NCBI GenBank assembly: GCA_965644295.1
Contig: CBFFRP010000614.1
Span: 1 to 22,000 of the forward strand
Direction: 5' to 3'
DNA length: 22,000 bases
Source of the DNA: Paraphysomonas bandaiensis
Taxonomy: Eukaryota; Protista; Chrysophyceae
Part shown: positions 9,909 to 19,056 of the stretch, one piece after another
Numbering within the stretch: the stretch's first letter is position 1
Layout of the letters: each line of letters begins with the position of its first letter
Made by a program: the position numbers and the translations under genes
The notes under the pieces: generated by a model
Told to the model about the DNA's origin: nothing
The model's input: the letters and a program-made list of their open reading frames with translations, nothing else
The model's database searches: none

Positions 9909-10319
9909 AGTCGGAAATCCGTTTCTTGCGCTATTCGAAGAAATGTAAGGAATGTAACAGTTATTTATATTTAGCATTTTAAGCATTCTAAGCATTTTAT
10001 TTCTTTGAGATAGTGAGTAGTAATAGATTGCTGTATATCTCGCATATCACACGATAATTTTAATGACATAGTGCCTTCATATACTACATTGTGCTGAATG
10101 GAAGCTATGTGCGTTAGGTATATGTGTATATGTTTTTAGGGTTAGGGTTAACCTTGATCTGAGTTAACCATAATCTTCAGGTAAACCGTAAACTTGCTTT
10201 CTTACACACAACATAATTCCAGGAAAAAATTATAATTATTTATCTAAGCACTACACTACATAATATATTCATTTAATACCTGGTCCCATACCTGGTGAAT
10301 GGTGAACATCATCAGTTCT

Positions 10320-10459
10320 TGTTGACATATATCATTCCTATATTCATAAAGAACTTCTTATATATTATATAGAATATAGTCATCAGTAATTTATTTCCTT
10401 TGTAACTAGGTGTTGCTTTCATCTATTTCACACAATTAACTCACTTAAATTTCACAATG
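10320..10459 (-). repeat. Diverged LTR relic (copy A) related to the copia LTR
   Basis: Starts with the LTR-terminal TGTTGA (10320). CATCAGTAA..TTCCTTTGTAACTA and TTAACTCACTTAAATTTCACAAT match the reverse complement of parts of 18750-18860. Direct repeat of 11625-11783. Confidence 0.65.
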
Positions 10460-11622
10460 TGAACGTCTTATTATTAGCAGTAGGCGTCGAGAAACAACAC
10501 CAGATACGCAGTTAGATGAAACCTAGTCAAGTTAGATCGCCCTCAACCTGTAACTAACTAGCACAAATTCTCATATCGTACTATGTAACGCTACAGAAGC
10601 TGCTTGTGCGTCGCCGCAGGTACCGAGGTGCAACCACTTCCGTTCTTGTAGGTGAGGGAGAAGCTCTCTGTGGACGTTTGTCCTTGAAATACAGAAGGAT
10701 CAGTCAGAGGGACGTCCCTTAGGGTAGGGCTCCTCAGGACTTTGTGGAGGAGGATTCTGTATCAGTAAGTCAAGTGTTCTTAACCTGAGATACATGGACA
10801 AGTGGGAATGTTGGGGCCTCTGGGAGTGACTTTGAATGGTTCCAGCTGCGAGTTGGGCCTGGGGAAGAGGAGTTGTCATATTATTGTGGCTTTTCTGGTG
10901 AGGCGGGAGTGGTGGAAGAAGAAGAGGACAGGAGGAGAGCGTCTGGGAATGTGGGAATGCCTTTGAATGGCTCCAGCTGCGAGTTGGGCCTGTGGAAGAG
11001 GAGTTGGCATCATCGTGGCTTCTCTGGTGAGGCGGGAGTGGTGGAAGAGGAAGAGGACCAGAGGGGAGCGTTAGGTCTCCGCTTTTAACACTTAGTAAGC
11101 GTGTAGAACCCGCGGCTTCCGCTGGGTGTTGCTCGATTTAAATAGTGTGATACCGCATTTTGGGGGTAGCTGCCGACTCCTCCTTGATCTGCTTCGTATA
11201 CTGCTTTGTGTGTGTCCACGTCGCTGACGCGGTGTAGGGAGGAGTCCATGTGCCCCCTTAGGGTTGCAGCATGACGCCCACTACAATCTTACAGCATTTG
11301 TTTGGCTGCAGCGTAAAGCAGCTAGTTGAAGACGGGTAACAACTGCGTTATAAATGGCACGTAGTCTACGCGACTTGAGGGTGAAATTGTACTGTGTTCC
11401 GTAAACGCTTTCTATTTGAGCCTCTGCGATAGTTCCTGTCCAGAATCTTTCAACCCTGCGGAAGTGAGATACTCCAGGCTCTGCTGGAAAGTTTCTTGAG
11501 AATGACGGAACTCCAAGGTGGTAGGGTTGTGAGTCAATTAGGAGTTTCTGCAGACACTCATTGTGTCTCTGAAAGGAGGATTTTCGTATCTGAGAGATGG
11601 AGGCTTGTGGGCAACCATGACA
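10460..11622 (-). mobile_element. 5'-truncated LINE: degenerate ORF2 C-terminus plus ~240-nt structured 3' UTR
   Basis: GCPQASISQIR (end of a CCHC-like finger), RFWTG, and a Pro/Ser-rich tail ending KGRPSD* (TGA at 10700-10702). The 3' UTR holds the three-way-junction motif (10593-10643) and terminal CCTACTGCTAATAATAAGACGTTCA. Confidence 0.7.
10831..11058. repeat. Internal ~100-bp duplication (period ~131 bp) within the LINE fragment
   Basis: TTTGAATGG(T/C)TCCAGCTGCGAGTTGGGCCTG..GGTGAGGCGGGAGTGGTGGAAGA..GAGGAC at 10831-10929 and 10962-11058. Confidence 0.9.
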
Positions 11623-11624
11623 CT

Positions 11625-11783
11625 TATTAATATATATATTATATATCATTCCTATATTCATAAAAAAGTAACTTATATGTATAGAATATAGACATCAGTA
11701 ACTTAATTTTAATTTCCTTTTTTGTAACTATAGTAGGTGTTGCTTTCATCTACTGCACACACTTAAATTGCACGAACATATAC
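11625..11783 (-). repeat. Diverged LTR relic (copy A'), direct repeat of 10320-10459
   Basis: ATATATCATTCCTATATTCATAAA..TATAGAATATAG.CATCAGTAA..TGTAACTA..TAGGTGTTGCTTTCATCTA..CACTTAAATT.CAC shared with copy A. Confidence 0.75.
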
Positions 11784-12035
11784 ACTGATGACGAGTTGTT
11801 GACTGTATGGCTCGTACTCGTATACTGCCAGGGGCTCTCTCTATGCTATCCATATTATGGTGAGAGATTAAAGTCGATGTGATGCCCAAACCTGGTAAAA
11901 CGGTCGAAACCAGATGAAATTTTGAAAATGTTGATTTAAGTTGAATCCCGTCTGAGGGTTGGGATGACTTCTTTATGCTGCTGGAAAGCTGTTTCAAGGA
12001 GTTGGGATATCTGTGGGTCCCCTCAACAAAGAGAT

Positions 12036-12233
12036 AAGTAGCGTGAGCCGCCCACATATAGACAGCAGTAAATTTTCTGCCCACTCATAGCGTGGTACAA
12101 GGGATACTGAAAAGTTTCACTTGTGTAATAGAAGTCTTTGGGTCCTGACGAATAGACAGGCATCCGAGAATGGGACCACTTCAAGGGTATCCTGGGTATT
12201 TTGGGCTGCCTGCTGAAGTCACCTTAAGAACTC
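12036..12233 (+). mobile_element. SINE-like unit 3 (body only, tail missing)
   Basis: Aligns to 6480-6700 (TTCTGCCCACTCATAGC, GTGGTACAAGGGA..TCACTTGTGTA, GTCTTTGGG.CCTGACGAATA.ACAG.CATCCG, TTGGGCTGCCTGCTGAAGTCA, AAGAACTCA). Confidence 0.75.
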
Positions 12234-12399
12234 AAATATCCTGAACTCTTCCTCCAAACACTATCCTCCCATCTTCATAATATATAAGAATGTCTGACTA
12301 TTAATTATTGCTGGCTATATATACTAGAGATGAAACTTGATATACCACAGTTGTTGTGCACGACAAGATAAATTAAATGATATTTATCTCCATCTACCA

Positions 12400-12660
12400 T
12401 GGTTCATTATTCCTGTGCTGCTGTAGGTAGCATCGTGGTTCATACTAACTGCTAGCGCCCCGGAACTACTTGTGCATTGCTGCGAGCACCATATGGCGCA
12501 ACCGTTCCGGCTAAATCCCATCTACATAACTCTGACCATTCCCTTAAGCTTTGCTCACCTCTATCCCAAAGGGCGTCCCCCCCTGATTACCCGCACCACT
12601 TGGCACTTGGCACTATACAACCAGTTTTAGTGTGAGAGGAGGGAGCCGGCATCTGAGGCA
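12400..12660 (-). mobile_element. Short 3' fragment of a divergent LINE family (ORF end GGRPLG* plus structured 3' UTR)
   Basis: TAG at 12561-12563 after GGRPLG (cf. KGRPSD* at 10700). A divergent, covarying three-way-junction motif lies ~50 nt downstream at 12460-12510. Boundaries approximate. Confidence 0.55.
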
Positions 12661-13264
12661 TATATATAACCCCTACTAATTGAATATACTACAGTGGTTA
12701 GAGACAGTACGATTATATATAAAGTTTAATGAAAAGCTATGTAATAGTTTAGAAGAACTGACATATAATTACTCTAAAAGATTGTGTCTATATCTAAGGT
12801 CTGATAATATTGATAGGTAGTAGTGAGAATTTAAATTTAATGAATGCTGAGAGTTGTTGATTATATATAATATATTACTAATTGGTTATTGAGTGACTTC
12901 AAGGTTCAGTTTCTTAAGTTTTAACCATCCAAATATGAAGCCTTCCGATATTCCCACTTTTGGAGACAGAGCCACGGTATAATATCATTGGTTTGAGTGT
13001 AAAAACTAGCACGAAGGTATGCCTTAAGATATTGAAGGTTAATCACGATGCCATTATTGCCAAGCATATATCTGTAAATCTGTATGTATCGAGTGTAATA
13101 TTCTACTATACAACCAGTATTACAACATATTTTTTCAATGATATTGCATATAATGATAATCATATGAATTACCATACTGGTGCACATTGGTAAAAAAGAA
13201 CCCAGATTTATCGTACTAAAACTTGATTATACCGTACTACTATGCTTGCTTCATAAAAGTCACT

Positions 13265-16200
13265 TTACGTCTGCAAATTCGTTTTGGTCAGTCGACTCTG
13301 TATAGCCTTCAGTTGTGTTTCAATTGCATCTTTCCGCTCTGAATTGGTACGCATCTCATCTAAGTGCCGCATTTCCTGCTGATCCGGTGTATATATCCTG
13401 AAACCTATTTCTTCTTGGCGTTGTCCACTGCTGTCTGCGCAATCAATGTTCTCATCGACTTCCGTAAGGTCCCGTCGATGACAGATTTTGAAGAGTAGCA
13501 ACGCTGGACCAGATGTATTGGTACATGCCAGTCGTAGTGGGGGGCCAGTTAATAAACATGTATCATCAATGGGTTGGTTGCCCCACTTGAGGTAGGGTAT
13601 ATTAGTAGCAGGGGATTTTAACTGCCACGTAAACGGCTTAGCAAAATAGATAGACTCGTCACGAGCTATAGCAGTACTTCCTCCTATGAACGAGGAAATA
13701 TACACTTTGATGTCTTTGAATGAGCACTCTTTTCCCACAACGACATCCCCATAAGATTTAACTATACCCTCAGATGGTAGCCATTGCCACAACGAAACAA
13801 GCATATCAGTGGAATCTGAGTACGAGGATTCAGCAACGTTCAAAGTGACAGCAAAGCATACACCATCTTTTAACTGTGATCCAAGGCATTGATAGAGACT
13901 TTTTTCATCGGAAAGAACAGTGGTTGTCTTGTACACAGGTTGCGTAACTTGTGCGCGGTCAGTATAGGAATGCTTGACAGCCAATTGAAGGCGTATATAA
14001 GCATTATTCGAGCTATTTACTTCTTGGTATAGAACATGACCGTAATTTTCCGTCAACCAATCTTTGAACATTTTTACCGACTGCTCCATTTTCACTGTCG
14101 TCTCACACACATCCAAATAACTCTCCTCAATACTGCAACTACCGCGAGCGTGAACTCCCCTTCCACGATGGTTTAAAATTACTTTTACTCTGTACTCACC
14201 GGGACTAAGTGGTACACCAAGAGCAAGCTGCATATAACTTCCGTCATCATACCCGCCTTCCACTAGCGATAGAGACATGTTCTTAACCTCCAGTGTGTCC
14301 CCCTCTGACCCACGAATGATTTTGAAGTCCCCTAGAGACAGATTCAGTGAAGCAGAAATTTTTCGCTTTACTTCGTAAAGTGGGCAACGTTTATCAACTG
14401 AGAGGTCCTTACGAATTATGTTTTCCGTTTCCGTGCAATTATTTAGGTCGGTGTAGCTTATGGTTATTAGATTAGACAGGCTGTCGAAATAATCCAGGAG
14501 CCCTACACGGGTAGTCGAATTCAACCTGCCAGTGTATTCGAGATACACTCTATCTCCAACAGATACCATATTAGCTGCAAGTGGTTCAACACCGTTTATT
14601 GAGCGAGGTTCAATGCGTTTTACATCTCCGGTCAATATATCTTGTTTCACAAGCGTAATGTGGGAGGTATTGACCATCTCAGGAGGTTCAGATAAAATAC
14701 CGGCGGTGAAGGCTGACTCATAAGCACGCATAAGTAAATCAGAGAGAGTGCTGCTAGCAGCAACGTTGAACGAAACTGGAGGCAAAAACGCATTTCCGGA
14801 ATCGGATTCAGGCTGATAGACAACTACTTCAAGAGAAATAGAAAGCCCACCATCTTCCACCCACGAATCAGCACTGTGTGGTTTAATCTCAACATACATC
14901 ACGCGTCTGAGGATGTCATCAGACAGCATTGATAACACCGTATTCGATTCCTTAACTTTTTGTGATATTGTATCCGCCGGAACTAGATTCCGATCGAGAG
15001 AAAATAAAACTGACGGCGGACAAAGACTTCCTTTCATTGCGTCAAATGCTCGCAATCTGATATCGCCACGACGTACGAATCGTCCATCCAGCAAAGGCTC
15101 CATAGTTTCGTTTCCTGATGTAAAATTTTCATATACCATATCTGTCAGCTGCTCAAGAGTGGATGATTCATGTATACGTAGTACCCGGTAAGGTTGCTGC
15201 TTGACGGTTTTGATTTCAACTGTACCGACAAGAACTGGCGAGACAGAAATATGAAGAAATGCCTTTTCATATTCATATTTAGCCTTCTGCTCTATGTAAA
15301 CTGTGTTCTCAGTCTCAATATCGTGTCGTAAATCTGAAGGGACAGCTCCAACACAAGTCCTATCATAACTAACGCACTCGTGATTAGTCCGAGAGATATC
15401 CCGATACACTAGCATATATGCATTTGTGGACGATGCCAAGGTAGGGTGACCATCTTGCATCGTAGAGCCAAGACTTGTAGATTGGTTGCTACTACCTAGT
15501 ATGATACCCAACTGCTCTGTAGATAAAGCACTCACGGTTGAGTCATTGAACAATAGCCATCTTTCGTTGGCATCATTTGCCGTTTTATCCTTTATATAAC
15601 AGAAATAGTGGCCAGCATGCGCGCTCCCTGAATGCATTAGAATAGACACCAACTCATACTGTTTGGACACGCAACCACTACCACTATTAGTAGTCTCGGA
15701 ATCATCTAGGTCTATGAAACTAGAAGGGTGTTGTTCAATAGATAGGACTGGGTATATTGTCAGTTCGTCGTGCAATTTAACTCTGACATAACAACGTTGC
15801 AGTTATGTGAAGAAAAGGCAATTCACAAGTGCAAAACACAGCACGGGCACATTGCAACAATCAAACAGCTATATTATGCTTACCTTTGCATTGACGCCCA
15901 GTTCATATCAAATCTTTGCAACTGTAGAGATAAAATATACGGAAGCCGCGTAAACTTACTTTTCTTTACATGGGTGTGTCGACCATTACATGCTTCACAA
16001 TCCACTCCCTCCAAAGTCTCTTCCTCGCTGTATTGAGCTATACTGCGTAGCATATTTCCCATACCTCGAACTTGCAAATGTAAATCGCGGAAATTCTCTC
16101 GTCTCCATCGTGTTGCATGACAATGGGAACATGTTAGACCAGTTTGAATCTCGCCACTCCATTCAGTACGTAAAAATTCAGTCAGGTCGGAGACTGGATA

Positions 16201-16659
16201 TAAATTACATATATGGTCAAATATTACAGTCATACACTCCTGAACATCCTGCTGCACAAATGAGTCCCTCCCTGTCCAACCAAAACTATTTGTGAGTGGC
16301 AATGTAGAGAGTGCACCTTTAGCAGAGAGCTGCAGTCCAGCAAATAATTTTTGTAACTGTCGTGGAAAGTTTAGTGCTACATTATCGTCGGTATTAAAAT
16401 TGCTGGAATACACTTTCGATCTAAACTCGGGAATCATAAAAAGGGTCTGTAGCAGGGAATTTAAATAACACGTTGCGCCTTGATTAACGAGCCCCGTAAA
16501 TCCGGTTTGAGATTTTTCTACAAAGTCAACACCGTGATACATTCGATCCGCAGTTCTCAGAGTAACAGTCGGCAAGCTAGCAGATTCTGCAGTAGAATAA
16601 TTATCATCTACAAATTTCTTTCTATTCGCTAATGCGGCCGTCAAGTTGGCGGGTATCAT
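13265..16659 (-). CDS. Ubiquitin-specific protease (peptidase C19), USP47/USP7-like with probable C-terminal ubiquitin-like domains; exons 16659-15884 and 15782-13265
   Basis: Cys box GLVNQGATCYLNSLLQTLF, QQDVQE, LQLQRFD, His box HSGSAHAGHYFCYIK, FNDSTV, NAYMLVY. A 101-nt GT-AG intron (15883-15783) joins ..MQR|VKLHDELT. First ATG is 16659 (the ORF-track start is a GTG). Confidence 0.92.
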
Positions 16660-16870
16660 TCTCGCTAGACTGGCCTGTTTATAAAACACCGACAGACACT
16701 AATACAATATTGTTACTGATAGCAGAAGTCGTTAGAATCTCTAGCAGGATGCCAGTGAGCAAGTTACCGTTTAGTTGCAGAAATGGCTAACAAGTACTTC
16801 GATTACGCCTTTATGAGTGCAGTGGAAGCTCAAGCAGAAACAGAGAAATCTTTCTGGTAAACTCTCATAC

Positions 16871-17106
16871 CAGTGTACCCATACACAGAGTAGGAATATA
16901 CAGAGTGTACCCATACACAGAGTTCCCATATACAGAGTACCCACACACAGAGTACCCACACACAGAGTACCCATATACAGAGTACCCACACACAGAGTAC
17001 CCATATACAGAGTACCCATATACAGAGTACCCACACACAGAGTACCCATATACAGAGTACCCATTTACGACAGAGTATCCATACACAGAGTACCCATATA
17101 CAGAGC
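16871..17106. repeat. 15-bp minisatellite (CAGAGTACCCAYAYA), roughly 15 units
   Basis: Direct tandem reiteration. Explains the overlapping repetitive ORFs (YPYTE, RVPIY, MGTLY, YGYSV, WVLCI). Confidence 0.95.
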
Positions 17107-17114
17107 ACTGGTGT

Positions 17115-18311
17115 ATGGATATCTTACAGTCCGAGTCGATTGCATGCAGTTTGCTAGTTGTCGCGTACCTTATGCACAGAGAGAGAAGAAGCATGTATAG
17201 TATGGGTACTAATAGAATGGGGAAATGTCTTGTTATTGGGGGCAGTGGATGGCTTGGATCATTCATTGTCAATGAACTCCTTCAGCTTTCACGTACACCG
17301 CATGCTGACATTTCTGTGTACTCCATTGATATTAAGAAACCCTCGAAAGATATGGAAATATTACACAGTGGGGAGGTTTTTGAGATGTGTGACATCAGAA
17401 ATGATGATGCTGTTTATGATGTAATTTGCCGTATTAACCCTGCAGTTGTTTTCCTCGTAGCAGCTGTAATTGACTTGCGCCAATACCCTTCCACATTACT
17501 TGCAGATGTGAATATAAGTGGTGCAGTCAATGTGCTGAATGCACTTCACAGCTTATCCTCATCAAGTCGGAGGTTTTTAGTGTACACCAGCACTCTGGAT
17601 GTGATATCTGGAAAGCACGGTGCAGGAGGTGGTGATGAGCTCGTGCCCTATGCTGATGATTCCTCGTCCAATTTTTACAAGAAAAGTAAGATTATTGCAG
17701 AACGTAATGTGTTGTCTTCGAATTGTTCTTCACTGCGTACTGTATCTCTTCGACCGGGACATTTGTACGGTCCATTCGACCCTATTTTGTTAATTGCAGC
17801 CAATACCCCCGTAGCTATTGGCCCAGCGAGTGCTCGGATGTCATTTACTTACATTGAGAATTGTGCAAAAGCTCACATTAGAGCTGCAGGTAGACTTCAG
17901 TGGGAGGCTAATTTGGAGTCCGGGGCTCTGACTGATGATCTCGTACTTTCTGGTAATCCTCTGTTTATTTGCGATATTGATGTAAATTTCTCGGATATGT
18001 ACAAAGACCTCTCGAATCGTCGTCGAAGTACAATTCGTATTCCCACTTTCGTCATAGAGTTTATAATAATTTTATGTGACCTTGTTGGGCTGTTCTGCTA
18101 TCAGCTGTTCAAGGTGCGTCTTCAACACCCAGTTACTGGAATGAACAGTGCAGTACTAGAAGCTTGTGGTGACCACACAGTGAATAGTTCCAAGGCGAAG
18201 AAGCTTTTAGGATATTTTTATGATGCAGGAAATAGTGATGAATTGGGTGCGCTTGTTAGCGTGGAAGAAGCCATAAAGCGTACACAGACTTGGGCGAGGA
18301 TTGGAAAATAG
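17115..18311 (+). CDS. 3-beta-hydroxysteroid dehydrogenase/isomerase family extended SDR (NSDHL/ERG26-like)
   Basis: CLVIGGSGWLG (GxxGxxG), VNISGAVNVL, VYTST, catalytic YKKSK, SLRPGHLYGPFD, FTYIENCAKAHIRA. Intronless. First in-frame ATG is 17115 (alternative 17217). Confidence 0.88.
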   Translation: MDILQSESIACSLLVVAYLMHRERRSMYSMGTNRMGKCLVIGGSGWLGSFIVNELLQLSRTPHADISVYSIDIKKPSKDMEILHSGEVFEMCDIRNDDAVYDVICRINPAVVFLVAAVIDLRQYPSTLLADVNISGAVNVLNALHSLSSSSRRFLVYTSTLDVISGKHGAGGGDELVPYADDSSSNFYKKSKIIAERNVLSSNCSSLRTVSLRPGHLYGPFDPILLIAANTPVAIGPASARMSFTYIENCAKAHIRAAGRLQWEANLESGALTDDLVLSGNPLFICDIDVNFSDMYKDLSNRRRSTIRIPTFVIEFIIILCDLVGLFCYQLFKVRLQHPVTGMNSAVLEACGDHTVNSSKAKKLLGYFYDAGNSDELGALVSVEEAIKRTQTWARIGK

Positions 18312-18337
18312 CCTGACCTGAGCTGTAGTAATAAGTG

Positions 18338-18720
18338 AACAAAATATTGTAATGTATCCAGCAAAAATAAAAATAATAATATTTTAAAGACCAATAATAA
18401 ATATAATATTGCTATATATTGCAATATATATATATTGATATATATTGATATATATTTATATGGAGCCTAAACGAAGAAAACATTAGCTCGACCATGAATA
18501 GCGTTCTTCGTTGCAGGTAATTATCAGAATTGTCAGATATTAATTGAGCTATATGTGATTATGAAAAGTTTTTTATGATTAATCAAATATATTTTCAAAG
18601 ACACAAAAACATGAACAATATAATATATCAATATATTGCGAGGCCAAATTTTTCTAAAATAATAATAAATATATTGTACTGTAGCAAGCAAATATAAATA
18701 ATTTCATTATTTATATTGCA
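18338..18720. repeat. AT-rich MITE-like element with reiterated AATATATTG-type palindromic subrepeats; abuts the copia LTR
   Basis: Multiple CAATATA/TATATTG blocks; 26-bp identity to 5706-5731. Confidence 0.4.
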
Positions 18721-19012
18721 TGTTGAGTTCTGCAATATGATGTGATATATATTGTGCAATTGAAGTGAGTTAACAGTGTGCAATTATAGGTAAAGTCAAC
18801 TCATAGGTGTAACGGGTGATTATAGTAGTTACAAAGGAATTAAATTCAGTTACTGATGTGTGACTATACAAGATATAGAACTGACTGATGAACATATGAT
18901 AAACAGATGTTGCTATAAGAACAGATGTTTCAACATATGTTACACGAATATGTAGTGAAGTGTTCAGAATAATAATCATAATTTCTTACTTGAAAGTGCA
19001 TTGTGTTCAACA
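18721..19012 (+). repeat. 5' LTR of Ty1/copia element
   Basis: Terminal inverted TGTTGA...TCAACA, AT-rich, 44 nt upstream of the gag ATG; related copies at 5416, 10320 and 11625. Confidence 0.75.
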
Positions 19013-19056
19013 GCAAGGTTACGGTTTACGCGTAGAGCAAAGTTAACTTCAGTGAA

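Noticed and set aside
10134-10150. TTTAGGGTTAGGGTTA telomere-like sequence
   Set aside because: Only about two units; insufficient to call an interstitial telomere.
11786-11915. CTGATGA..stem and later CGAAAC as a hammerhead ribozyme
   Set aside because: The core elements are not arranged around a common stem II, and no consistent stem I/III could be built.
16771-17272. Overlapping repetitive ORFs on both strands
   Set aside because: Artefacts of the stop-poor 15-bp minisatellite.
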